Positions 25,805-42,447 of a DNA stretch of 64,000 nucleotides are shown one piece after another (positions within the stretch are counted from its first letter, which is position 1; each line of letters opens with the position of its first letter). The notes below the pieces were generated by a model. That model had not been told where the DNA came from. It was given only the letters and a program-made list of their open reading frames with translations, and made no database searches. The position numbers were made by a program, and so were the translations under genes. Origin of the DNA: the human T2T-CHM13v2.0 reference genome, Homo sapiens; NCBI RefSeq assembly GCF_009914755.1, contig NC_060933.1; one strand, given 5' to 3'.

Positions 25805-28800
25805 CTTGTACTGTTGTACATAATGTATATAATTGACTTTTATTCACTCGACAAAATTTCCTAAAAATACATCCAAATGATTGCATTAATTAATATTTTG
25901 TTCCTTTGATGACTGAGTAGTATTTCATGGTTTCTGGTATAAATTCACCACAAATTAAACATTCACCTGGGCTTATTGACCTTTTCAACTGTAACAAATT
26001 AAGCTGTTGTAGACATTCGTGAACAAGTTTTTGTGGGACCACAGTTTCATCACTCCAAATTAAACACCCACAACTGCAATTGCTGGGATCTATGGTCTAT
26101 GCATATCTGGTTTTTATTTTACTTTAAAAAATTTTTAATTATTTTCTTAAAATTTTATGGGTACACTGAGTGCCCACAGAAGCTAGTAAGGATACTGGGG
26201 CATTGGAGAGGAGGTAGAGAAGGTTAATCAGCACACACAGAAAAAAAATGTGGAAAGAATGAATAACATATCTGTCTTTTTAAAAAACTGTCAGCTATTT
26301 TTCAGAGTGGCTCTATTATTTTACTTTTCCACTAGCAACTTATGAGTGATCGTATTTTTTACATCCTGAATAGCTTTTGCTATTGTCACAATTTTTAAAA
26401 GTCATTTTGATAGGTGTGTAGAAATATCTCACTATGGTTTTATTTGACATGTCCATGATGATTAATAATATTGAACATGTTTCATGGATTATTTGACATC
26501 TGAATATTTTTCTTGTTAAAACGTCCATTGATGTCTTTTGTCCATTACCTAATTGGATCATTTGCATTTTTTAAAAAATTTGCTGTTGTGTTTTGTGTCA
26601 TCTCTATTTATTTTTGTCGGTTTTGATAGATGTTTATCAATTGATTGATTTTTTCAATAAACCAGCTTTTTGTTTCACATTTTTTTCTGTTTTCAATTTC
26701 ATGAATTTTTGTTATTGTGATGATTATTTTTCTTCTTCTGCCTGCTTTCAGTTTACTCTGTTCTTTTTCTAGTTTCTTGAGATACAAGTGTAAGTTATTG
26801 ATTTGAGATCTTTTCTTATTTTTAATGAAGCATTTAGTACTATAAATTTCTTTCCCACCACAGCCTTAGCTGTATTTCCTATATTTTGATATGTTGTATT
26901 TTCTTTCATTTGTTGAAATATATTTTTAGATTTTTATTTAAGACTTTATATTTAATCCATAGATCATTTGGAACTGTGTTGCATAATTGAAATGCATTTA
27001 AACATTTTCCTGCTCTCTTTCTGTTACTGACTTTTATTTTAATTCCACTATGGTCAGAGAACATACTCTATATGACATAAATTCTTTTAAATGTATCAGG
27101 GTTTGTTTTATGGTGCAAGAAATCATCTAGTATTTTAGTTAATATTTCATGAGCTCCTGAAAAACTGTATATTCTGCTGTTTTTTGTGGACTGATTCTAT
27201 ATTTAGAGAGAGATATATATATAATTGACATATATTTATCTGTATATGTGTGTCTGTGTGTGTGTGTGTGTGAGTTTGTGTGTGTGAATAAAATCTTGTT
27301 GGTTGATTGTGCTGTACAGATCTTCTACATGCTTGCTGATTGTCAAATTTTTGTCCAATAATTCTATCAATTGCTGAGATAAGGCTGTTAAAACCCACAA
27401 CTATAATTTATTATTTTTTAGTTCTATAATTTTTCTCTTCATGTTGTTTAAGACTTTGTTATTTGGTGCATATATATTTGGAATTGTTATGTTTACTGGT
27501 GAATTGATCCATTTATTATTAGTGTTGCAGTCTCCTCACTCCTTAATTTAGTGAGGTCCAAGATCTTGTCCCACAACCAAGAGAATAAGGCACACAAATA
27601 CCAGAGAGTGAGTAAGGCAAATTAACATTCATTAAGCAACAGAAAAGCTCTCAGCAGCAAGAGTGGACCCAAACAAGGGTTGCCAGAAATGGGGCTGAGT
27701 TCTGATCCCTTTATGTGACAGAAACAAGGAAGTCCTTTGTGGGTCCTGCCTTAATGGAAGGGGTAAAATTCCCTGCTGGGAGTGTTCTGTCTGTGCATAC
27801 CTAGGTTTGGCAGCAGTGACTCCATCTTGATTATTAGTCATAAGTGCCTAAGCAAAATTCATGGGGGCACCAAAACTGCAATGCTAATGATATTACAATT
27901 AGCTCTGGGTCAAGTTAAGGACATTTAGTTGATTTATTGAAACATAATTGGGACAGTCCCTTCTGAGAGACATCTTGGTATAAGAGGAAGTTGTTAACCA
28001 CATTTCCACATTCTAGCTACACCACAAAGGTAGTGCAGGTGCATTCCCATGGGTGCTGTCTTTCTCCCAAGACCCTTCCTCTCTATCTGCCTAGCCAGCC
28101 TCTAACTGCCTCCTCTGTTGTTAGTAATGTTCTTTGTAAGATTTTTTGAATCTAACTTCTAGATTATCAGATATTAATATAGCCACTTTTGCCCTTTTAT
28201 TGATAAATATTTCCATGGTATGTATTTTTATATTATTTTACTTTCAACATACTGATACTATTGAATTAAAGTGTATTTCTTACTATAGCAATAGTTAAGG
28301 TTGCATTTTTTAATTTATTCAGCTAATTTCTCTTTTGATTGGTGTATTTATGTCACTTATATTTAATGTAATTATTAATGTACTAACACCTAAGCATTTC
28401 ATTTTATTATTTACTACATATTCATTTGTTTTGTTCTCATTTTTCAGTTTTCCTTTTTTTTTGGACTTACTGTGTGCTACTCGAGCTTTCATGTTGCTTT
28501 ACTTACAATGTTTGAATACATCTACAATATACAATCTTTGCTTTGGAAATTTGTATATACTTTTTATGCTACTCTTCATATTTTAATACCTGATTTAATA
28601 TTCGATTTATAAAACAATATATAAATACCAATGGTTTTACACTTTTGATTAAAGCAAGGAAGCTCAGCTTATATTTATTTTCCTTTATCTTCTATACTTT
28701 TAAGTATCACTTCCTTTAGTATCAAGTGGAGTTATAATTTTTGTTTCTATCATCAACTATGATTTATAATACTCACTAGGAAAACACATCTATTGGATGT

Positions 28801-29175
28801 ATTCATATTTCTGCTAATTCTATTAATATATCTTCCTTCTTTCTTGATGTTCAAAATTCCTTTTTTTTCTTTATTTTGTTTGAATAACAGTTTTAGTAAA
28901 CATTTAATGGTAAGCTTGCTAACAACAACTTTTTAAACAGTTCAAAAAATATAATTTTCCTTTACTCCAGAAGCATAGTTACAACATCTGTAGCATTCAG
29001 AGTTGGCAGCTCTTTTCTTTCACTACCTGAAAAATATTGTGTAACTTGTTTCTGACCTCCATTGTTTCAGACGAAAAAACGTATTTTCATTTACATTGGT
29101 TTTCCTCTATAGGTGATGTTTCACCTATAGGTGACTGTTTCTATCTGGCTGCCTTTAAGACTTTGTCTTTAGTTT
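25805..29175 (-). mobile_element. Old L1M fragments
   Basis: T-rich degenerate L1 antisense motifs such as cagagtggctctattattttacttttccactagcaa and aattccactatggtcagagaacatactc. Confidence 0.6.
27523..28120 (-). mobile_element. ERV1-class solo LTR
   Basis: About 600 bp GC-richer insert in L1M with a 4-bp TSD (ttag at 27519-22 and 28121-24). Contains gagtggacccaaacaagggttgcc and ccatcttg motifs typical of ERV1 LTRs. Confidence 0.65.
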
Positions 29176-29177
29176 TG

Positions 29178-30150
29178 TCAACAACCTACATTGGGGAAAG
29201 GACACAATCTCCAATACATGCTTCTGGAAAAATTGGATATCCATATGCAGAAGAATGAAACTAAACTCCTATCACTCACCTTATACAAAAATAAACTCAA
29301 AATGGATTAAAAATTTAAATGTAAGACATGAAAAATTAGACTACCATACACTGTTGGTGGTAAGTTAAATTATTTCACTTATTATGAAAAACTGTATGGT
29401 GGTTTCTCAAAACAAAAATAGAGACACCATATGATCTAGTGATCCCACTACTAGGTGTTTATCCAAAGGAAAGGAAATCATTACACTTAAGAGGTATCTG
29501 CACCTCCATATTTATTGCAGCTGTCTTCACAATAACCAAGATATGGAATTAAGCTAAATATCCATCAATGGATGGATAAAAAATGTGGTATATACATATA
29601 CCAAATTTGTATATACATTCATATATATATATATGAATAATATTCTGCCATAAAAAGAATGAAATTCTGTCATTTGCAGAATCATGGATAAGACTAGCGA
29701 ACATTATGTTAAGTGGAATAAGTCAGACACAGAAAAATTAATACTGTCTGTCCTTACCCATATGCAGGAGCTAAACAAATTTGAGCTCATTAAAGTAAAT
29801 GGTAGAATTGTGGTTATTAGATGTTGGGAAGGATGTGGGAGCAGAGGTTGGTTAATGGACACAAAATTATAGCTATATTGGAGGAATAAGTTCTGTTGTA
29901 GTGCTCTATAGCTGGTCACATGGAAATAACTATAATTTATGGTATATTTTCAAAAAGCTAGAAGAGAAGATTTTGAATGTTGTCAACACAAAAGTATGAT
30001 AAATGTTTGAGGTGTTTGAAATGCTAATTACCCTGATTTGATCATTACGCATTGTACACCTGTATCAAAATATCACTCTGTTTCCATAAATATGTACAAT
30101 TATTGCATGCCAACTAACAATAAAAGGACAAGATAAAGATTCAAAAAATA
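29178..30150 (+). mobile_element. L1MA 3' end
   Basis: ORF2 end remnants and L1MA-type 3'UTR (ccctgatttgatcattacgcattgta...ccataaatatgtacaatt). Confidence 0.75.
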
Positions 30151-30631
30151 GGAAGAAATATCATTTTTCTGATACAATTTCTTCTCGGTGTGCCCATGTT
30201 GTTTCATGATTGCAAAGCGTTCTTTTAAGTGCTTTTAAAGTATTGTTTTCATGCTTCTTAAAATTGCTTCCAGAAGTAATGTCAAACTCATTCACCTATA
30301 GTTTATGAGATCTATCTTCCTTTAAAAAATTAGTACACTGCCCATTTCTTGTCTTCTAAAACTTTTACTATTCTCCATAATCCTCAAAGATATCTAGAGC
30401 AACTTAAAAATCTCTTTCCTAAACTTTCTTATTGTTTTGGAATGAGTTCTACTCCAATACTAGGGCCCAGGGCTCATAGTGCCTCTTCGTTCATCTTGAG
30501 ATTTAATTAAAAGCAATGTTGAGTCTTCTCTTTTGGATCTAAAGATCTATTTGATGAGAAAGACTGAAGAAAAATAAGGATAAGCGTATTTCCTCCATGT
30601 TTTCATGGCACAAAATCTTTGTTTGCTAACT

Positions 30632-31130
30632 GTGATAAGGAGAATAATGCCCCCCCCACCCCCCACAAGACTGTCCCTGTCCTATTCTCCATGTCAGGAA
30701 GGATATGCTATGTAATATAAGAATATATGATGTTACAATGCAAGAAAGTATTAAGGTTGCACATGACATTAAGCTTACTAAACAGCGGAACTTAAAATAA
30801 GAGATCATACTTGATTATCTGGGGGGGGCCAATTTAATCACAAGGATCCTTTAAATGTGGAAGAGTGTGGTAGAAAATATTTAAAGATACTACATTGCTA
30901 ATTGTACTGGAGGAAAGAACCAAGAGACAAGGAATGGGGAAAGCGGACAAGAGACAAGAAATGAAGACAGCCCCTAGAAGCTGGAAAAGGCAAGAACATG
31001 TATTCTCCTTTAGAGTCCCCAGAAGGAAAGCGGTGCTGCTGACACCTTGATTTTAGCCTAATGAAAACCATTTAAGATTTCTGACCTTTATAATTTTAAA
31101 GTGGTAGATTTATGTTTCTAAACTACCAAA
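30632..31130 (+). mobile_element. MLT1 (MaLR) LTR, MLT1C/D-like
   Basis: ctagaagctggaaaaggcaagaacatgtattctcc...gctgacaccttgattttagcc. Confidence 0.7.
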
Positions 31131-32488
31131 TAAAAATATTTTGTCTTTAGTTTTTAAAAGTTTAATCAAAATATTTCTTGAAATGTGTTTATTCCGTGTA
31201 GGGTATCTTAGGCTTCTTGAATCTATACATTTGTGTCTTCTGCAAATTTGAGGTTTTTTTTGAAGCACTATTTCTTCAAGTATTCTTTCAGCCTCATTTT
31301 ACTTTTTTTCTGGTACACGTAATAAAAATGTTGGATCTTTTGTTGTTGCCTCACACATACCTACATCTCTGTTCATTTTATGTATCAGTCTATTTTATTT
31401 ATGTTGTTCAAATTGGTTAAATTCTACTATTCTGCCCTCACATTCACTGATTTTACCTTCTCGCATCTCAATGGCACTATTGACTCCATCCAACACATTT
31501 TTCATTTCTGTTACAGTGTTTGTTTGCTTTTATAATTTACATTTGGTTCTCTTTTGTTGTTGTTTTTTTACAAATCAAGTTTGGTTAATATTTTGCGATT
31601 TTGTTATATATTTTAAGATAATTTCTATTTGATGTTGAAACATTTTTGCTAGATATTTTAAAATCATATTCAGATGATTCCAACATCTGATGCGTTTTGG
31701 TGTTGGTGTCAGTTAACTGTCTTTTTTCACTCAAATTGTTATTTTCTTGGTTCTTTGTATGATTGGTGATTTGTAATTATATTCTGGACATTTTGTCTAT
31801 CATGGCAGACAATTCTGAGCTCTATTTAAACTGTTCCTTTTGGCAGGCAGTCACACTGTTTGGCTTTAGCATGTACATCCTGGGTGTGGGGCAGGTACAC
31901 TGTGTACTATTTACTAGCTTGTCTGAGTTCAGTTAAACAGAACACACTCATATGCAACAAATTACATAAAGCAGATGTATCATTTACAGACAAACAGCAA
32001 GAGACAACAGGTACCTATGTGAGCCGATCCATTACGAGCCAGTAGCCCAAGGCTCAACAAAGTTGCCTGAAGTGGATGGAATGCATGTGAAGTGCCTGAA
32101 GTGGATGGAGTGATTGTGCATGGCCCACTTGTACCACAGTTGAGGGACCCCACAAGACAGCTTGCCCTAGGTTACACACCTCAGGACCAATGGGAAACTA
32201 TGGCCTAAAGTTTTGAAGAACATTCTCTGTCAAGGGAGAGAGTAACAAGGCCTAGGCTGTTTCAGGCAGTTCTTCCCTGTCTCAGGATATTGCATTCTCA
32301 GCATATACTACAGTTGCTCTTGACAACTGCAAGCAAGAAAGAGGGGATAATTGGGTCAGTCCAAGGACACCTGGAAAGTTGACCTGCAGTCTCCTGCTCC
32401 AACCAAGATATTTCCCTTAGAAAAGCTGGTGTATTTCATATGCCCATTGACCTCTCCAGATCTGGAGGTGGAGGTTTGTCTTGTCAGA

Positions 32489-34060
<1,572 letters not shown>

Positions 34061-35273
34061 CCTATAATGCCCCATCCATGTGGAAAAGCAGACTGACAGT
34101 TTAATGCCCACCTCTCACCCTTTCCAGGGTCTCAGATGTTCTCTACCTATTGAATAAGAATTAGGCTGAGTTGGTATAGCAACCCGGTCTGTCTGTTTTA
34201 GTCCCAAGCTACTTCTGCAGACATCCATTGCCCTTGTTGCTTGACTCAAACCTTTCTGCCTCAATCATCCACTCCAGTACAAAGCTGGCATATCTCATAA
34301 CATCATCCACCCAAATGGAAGGATCAGAGGCATCCAGCATCATTAGAGGGATTCTAGCAGTCTGTCATTCCTTAGTCCTGTCCCCGACCCCTGTGGAATC
34401 CCCTTATAGGGGAGGTACCCAAGGGAAGTATAAACTCCAGATTAGAGACAGGGTGGCCTCTCTGGGGTACTATGGCACCCTGAACTGCAATTCATCCCCA
34501 GGACATGTACTCTATAGGGGAAAAGGAAAAAGAATGGTTGAGAACACAGACTGAGACTTTACAGGCACAGACAGCCTAGTCAGGTGGGTTTCTCATCCAC
34601 CTCCAACCCAACCAAGCTCAGTGTCCCTCAATATGCACTGCAGTGCTGTTTCCTTTGCATTGGTGCATAGTGTTTAGTGTCCCTATTGCCCTAGTCAGAT
34701 GGGCTACCCCCTCACTAGCAGGACATCTTGATGTTCTTTCTTCAGTTGCTTTGTGAGTTCCATTATTCAATAACTCTATTGGCCTGAGGATGACAATGTA
34801 CTTAAAAAGCCCATCTTTTTTCACTAATGTGTACCCATTATCTAGTTGCTTGAATAGTAAAAAATATTCCTTGGTCCAAGTAAAATCCCATGGGCTATGT
34901 AAAAGGATGGCATAAATTCCTCTCAAGTGTGGCTATAGTTGCCTCAGCACCCATATGATTGACATATATTTGTCTTTTTCAGACAACAAGCTGTTTTTCT
35001 TAGTCCTTGTTCTCACATGGATATCCTCTAACAGTCCAATCCTTCCATTGCCATTGTCCTGATCAGATGGCCAGGCTTTTGGCAATGGCCCATAAGTCAC
35101 TGAAAATATAGCAAGATACGCGATAGAGGTAGCCTGCATGGCCATCACCACTGCATTTAGTTTGGCCCGTTGGGTAGAATGCCCATGTCCAGTCTCAGTC
35201 AAAAGATAGCCAACCACTGGCTGAATGGTGGTCCAGTGCATGTCGTCTGGCAGAGCTATCAGTAAACCATGCC

Positions 35274-38129
35274 TGTCAGGCCTCTGAGCCCAAGCTAAGC
35301 CATCATATCCCCTGTGACCTGCACGTATACATCCAGGTGGCCTGAAGCAAGTGAAGAATCACAGAAGAAGTGAAAATGGCTGGTTCCTGCCTTAACTGAT
35401 GACATTACTTTGTGAAATTCCTTCTCCTGGCTCAGAAGCTCCCCCACTGAGCACCTTGTGACCCCCGCCCCTGCCCGCCAGAGAACAATCCTCTTTGACT
35501 ATACTTTTCCACTACCTACTCAAATCCTATAAAACGGCCCCACCCCTATCTCCCTTCACTGACTTTCTTTTCAGACTCAGCCCGCCTGCACCCAGGTGAA
35601 ATAAACAGCCTTATTGCTCATGCAGTGTCTGTTTGGTGGTCTCTTCACATGGACGTGTGTGACATTTGGTGCCTGTTATCACTCCCCTGCTACAGCATGG
35701 GCTTGTAAAACCTATAAACTCTCCTTACAATTCTCCCATTTTACCTATTCAAACTCCAGACAAGTCTTACATGTTAGTTCAGGATCTGCTCTGGCCATCA
35801 TGTCTCCGTGCAGCAGTTGCCATCACCCTAATGCTTTTAGAGGCCCTAAAAATCACAAACTATGCTCAACTCACTCTCTACATTTCTCATAACTTCCAAA
35901 ATCTATTTTCTTCCTCACACCTGACGCATATACTTTCTGCTCCCTGGCTCCTTCAGCTGTACTCACTCTTTGTTGAGTCTCCCACAATTACCGTTTTTCC
36001 TGGCCCGGACTTCAATCTGGCCTCCCACATTATTCCGGATATCACACCTGACCTCCATGGCTGTATCTCTCTGATCCACCTGACATTCACTCCGTTTCCC
36101 ATATTTCCTTCTTTCCTGTTCCTCACCCTGATCACACTTGGTTTATCAATGGCAGTTCCACCAGGCCTAACTGCCACTCACCAGCAAAGGCAGGCTATGC
36201 TATAGTATCTTCCACATCTATCATTGAGGCTACCGCTCTGCCCCACTACCCTACCTCTCAGCAAGCCAAATTCATTGCCTTAACTCGAGCGTCACTCTTG
36301 CAAAGGGACTACACATCAATATTTAAACTGACTCTAAATATGCCTTCCATATCCTACGCCACCATACCATTATATGGGCAGAAAGAGGTTTCCTCACTGC
36401 GCAAGGGTCCTCCATCATTAATGCCTCTTTAATAAAAGCTCTTCTCAAGGCCACTTTACTTCCAAAGGAAGCTGGAGTCATTCACTGCAAAGGCCATCAA
36501 AAGGCATCAGATCCCATTGCTCAGGGCAATGCTTATGCTGATAAAATAGCTAAAGAAGCAGCTAGCATTCCAACTTCTGTCCCTCACGGCCAGTTTTTCT
36601 CCTTCTAATCGGTCACTCCCACCTACTCACCGACTGAAACTTCCACCTATCAATCTCTTCCCACACAAGGCAAATGGTTCTTTGACCAAGGAAAATATCT
36701 CCTTCCAGCCTCACAGGCCCATTCTATTCTGTTGTCATTGCATAACCTCTTCCATGTAGGTTACAAGCTGCTAGCCCACCTCTTAGAACCTCTCATTTCC
36801 TTTCCATTGTGGAAATCTATCCTCAAAAAATCACTTCTCAGTGTTCCATCTGCTATTCTACTACTCCTCAGGGATTATTCAGGCCCCCTCTCTTCCCTAC
36901 ACATCAAGCTCAGGGATTTGCCCCCACCCAGGACTGGCAAATTGACTTCACTCACATGCTCTGAGTCAGGAAACTAAAATACCTCTTGGTCTGGGTAGAC
37001 ACTTTCACTGGATGGGTAGAGGCCTTTCCCGCAGGGTCTGAGAAGGCCACCACGATGATTTCTTCCCTTCTGTCAGACATAATTCTTTGGTTTGGCCTTC
37101 CCTCCTCTATACAGTCTGATAACAGACCAGCTTTTATTAGTCAAATCACCCAAGCAGTTTCTTAGGCTCTTGGTATTCAGTAAAACCTTTATAGCCCTTA
37201 CCATCCTGAATCTTCAGGAATGGTAGGACGGACAAATTGTCTTTTAAAAATACACCTCACCAAGCTCAGCCTCCAACTTAAAACTTAAAAAAGAGGACTC
37301 TGTCAAGGATAGAGCCCCAAAACTCACCAACCAAACAAGTAATTATGCTGAACCCCCTTGAGCACTCTCTAATTGGATGTCCTTGGTCCTCCCAATTCTT
37401 AGTCATTTAATACCTGTTTTTCTCCTTCACTTATTCAGACCTTGTGTCTTCCGTTTAGTTTCTCAATTCATACAAAACTGCATCCAGGCCATTACCAATC
37501 ATTCCATATGACAAATGCTCCTCTTAACAACCCCACAGTTTCACCCCTTACCACAAAATCTTCCTTCAGCTTAATCTCTCCCACTCTAGGTTCCCATGCC
37601 TCCCCTAATCCCACTCGAAGCAGCCCTGAGAAACATCACCCATTATCTCTCCATAGCACCCCCCAAAATTTTCACCACCCCAACACTTCAACACTATTTT
37701 GTTTTATTTTTCTTTTTAATATAAGAAGACAGGAATGTCAGGCCTCTGAGCCCAAGCTAAGCCATCGTATCTCCTGTGACCTGCACGTATACATCCAGAT
37801 GGCCTGAAACAAGTGAAGAATCAAAAGAAGTGAAAATGGCTGGCTCCTGCCTTAACTGATGACATTACTTTGTGAAATTCCTTCTCCTGGCTCAGAAGCT
37901 CCCCCACTGAGCACCTTGTGACCCCCACCCCTGCCTGCCAGAGAATAACCCCCTTTGACTGTAATTTTCCACTACCTACCCAAATCCTATAAAACGGCCC
38001 CACCCCATCTTCCTTCACTGACTCTCTTTTTGGACTCAGCCTGCCTGCACCCAGGTGAAATAAACAGTCTTGTTGCTCACAAAAAACCTGTTTGGTAGTC
38101 TCTTCACACTGATGCACTGATGCATGACA
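35274..38129 (+). mobile_element. HERV-H provirus, heavily deleted (2.86 kb), two LTR7-family LTRs
   Basis: LTRs at 35274-35664 and 37736-38129 (TGTCAGGCCTCTGAGCCCAAG...TGACA). TSD ATGCC at 35269-73 and 38130-34. Partial PBS TGGTGCC, pol remnants (PINSPYNSPILP, RNaseH, integrase) and PPT aagaagacaggaa. Confidence 0.92.
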
Positions 38130-39187
38130 ATGCCATGCTGTCAGTAAGCATGTCTATGAGTCCTGGGCCCCAGGTTGCCACAGGAGAATCCAATGGATCC
38201 TTACAGGCTGCTTAAAAGGGATAGTTTGTTGTAGTCCTGAATTAATAAAGTAATGTCCTATTCTCCACTTACCATGTAGTACTGCTTTTGTTAAATAATC
38301 CACTGGGGCTTGGGTAGTTTAGGTGGCAGGCAGGATATGCCCCACTGTTATGGCTTGAATTCTGAGTTGTCAAAGAGTATGTCCCCTCAGGCAATGGTGA
38401 TTTTTGTGCTACAAGAAGGCGGGGGGTCAATACCAATAATGCACTCACAAGTGAGAACCATGGTCACTGACATCCAATATGGACCAAAGCCATATCACAG
38501 GTAGATAAGCACTACTGGTCAATGCATTCATTCTAAAACCTTCCAGTGTCACCAGTTTTTCTCCCTAAGAGGACCTGGAAGTATTATGTGGACTCCTGTA
38601 TCAAAAAAAAAAGTCTGAATTTCTTTCTTTTCTCCTCTTACCTTGACAGAAATATAAGGCCTTTGGCCTCCATTTGGGGACCCCGAGAACTTGGTCCCAT
38701 TTCTGACTCTGCCATTCAGCCCAAGACATTGGATTTGCAATGTCCTTTCATCAAAGAAACATGCCTGGCCTTTCTCTATATCTGTCCTTTAGATAATGAG
38801 TCTCCCTTTCTGTGAAGGCCTTTATCACATGTATTGATTCCTTCTCAGATGCCTCAAGGAAGATCTGAGGACCCCTTTCTTCTTTCCCTCTCAGGTGCCT
38901 TAGTGTCTGGTTGAGTACACACTTCCCTCACTCTCTGCCCCCATGAATGACAGGGTAATTAAATAAATATCCCCAACCAAGGGACCTATGCTCCTCTATT
39001 TCCTCATTGCCTTTTGTCTGCCTTGATCCATGCAGCCATCTCATTCACATCTGTGGGAAGTGGCAGACCTAAATCTGACTTATCACCCTTCCTTCCTCTG
39101 AAAATATTCAATCCCTATGCCCCCAGGCTGCTGTCTTTCCCCTGGGCTGGGTACTAGGAAGTATCACCCCTCCTGCTTCTCAAATAA

Positions 39188-39787
<600 letters not shown>

Positions 39788-41214
39788 AGGACTCTTTAAG
39801 ACAGCCTGTTCAGGGTTATATACCTCAGAGCCAATGTGAAACATTGACTTAAAGCTTTGAGGGACATCCTGCTTCCAGAGGAAAGAGCAACAGGCCCAGG
39901 CTAGTCCAGTCAGCCCCTCCTTATCTCACCATAATGTATTCCCAGCACAATCTACAGTAATTATTAAGACCTACAAGGAAGAAAGGGAAGAGAACTGGGT
40001 CAATCCAAGGCCACATGGAGAACTGTCCTGCACTGGCCAATTGTTTTGGCTGTAGTTTCAATACCAAGTTAATGTTTAGAGCTTTTGCATTGTGATTTCA
40101 GACTCTTTGATTAATATGGTGCTGCTGGGAATTCCACTGCTCCCTGTTAGTGCTGCCTATGGCAGTGGAAGCAGTTTCTCCAGGTTAGGCTACCAGGTGT
40201 CTGAGGTATGTGGTGAGGGGTGTGGTAGAATCCCCCAACCAATGTCCCCTGGCTACTCTGGGGTCATTGGGAAGAGAGTCTTAGGCCTGCAGGGACAAAG
40301 CAGCTTCTTAGGCCAGGCCACTTTCTCTACTAGGTCCCTCTTCCTGATTCTATTTTCCCACCTTTGTGCTTCCTGGTAGAAAAGGAAGCCTCAAGCTGTA
40401 CTGGGAAGGAGAGCACCTCTCTTAGCATTTCTCCTAGCTGCTTCTCCTGGATGGTGGTGGGTGTCTCAAGCTAGTGGCTCCTGATTGATCCAAGGGAGGA
40501 AGGAGCTTACTTGAGGTATCTTCTGTTGCTAGATTGGGGGATTAGGAAAAATAAGTCTGAAGGCCTTCTTCAGGACTTCAGGATACACAAGATGCCTTGC
40601 TGTTGTGCTGTTTCACCATTCCTTGCATATCAAACTAACTCTTCTTCTGTTTACCTCCATCTCTTAGAGCTTTTTCATGTTAGTCACATGTGTCATTTTC
40701 AAAATATACAGTTGTGCATAACAAAAAGAGGCGGGAAAAACATGGATCTGTGCCATATTGTCTGAATCCGAAGTTCCTTGCATACTTTATACTAAATAAG
40801 CTTTATCTGTGAGCTATATTACTAGTATTTTCTTTGCCTATAATTGTTTCAGGTGTCACATTTAAGAGTTTGCTTGATTATGATATTTAAATATTACAGA
40901 ATGTATTTGCAGAATATATTTGCAGAATAACAATATTCTGCAAATAATGCCCTTGATATTAAAATTGAAAATCACTTTTCGTAATAGATCAAGGAAATTA
41001 GAACCTAATGATTTAATGGTGTACACAATTGCAGCATTAGTTTTCTATTCAAAGCAACATAAAATAAATGACAAATTGAAAGAAAAATAGGACTTTATTT
41101 ACTCTATTCAAATATTAAAATAAATAATAATATGTCTATTGAAATGTCATAATCAGGATATCATTTATTCCAATTAATTGATTAAATATGTAATCAGTTA
41201 AATGTCATAGATTT

Positions 41215-41488
41215 TATTTTTATTTTTATAGAGGGAAGATGTCATTCTGTCACCAGGCTGGAGTACAGTAGCTGGATCATAACTCACTATAACCTCAAAA
41301 AAGCCTCCCAAGTATCTGAGATTACAGGTGTGAGCCACCACGATAGGCTAATTAAATTTTTTAATTTTCTATAGAGATGAGGCTCTCCCTGTTACCCAGG
41401 CTTGTCTTGAACTCCTGGGCTCAAGGGATCCTCCCACCTCAGCCTCCCAAAGTGATAGGATTACAGGTATAAGCCATCATGCCTGGCC
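41215..41488 (-). mobile_element. AluJ with internal deletion
   Basis: aactcctgggctcaagggatcctcccacctcagcctccc is J-type. Confidence 0.8.
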
Positions 41489-41584
41489 CTAGAATTTTTA
41501 AATTAATGGTGGTTGATACACATATTTACATTGTATTTTAGCCAGATTTACTGAGGTATAATTTACTTATGCAAAATTTACTAA

Positions 41585-41985
<401 letters not shown>

Positions 41986-41989
41986 TTAG

Positions 41990-42447
<458 letters not shown>

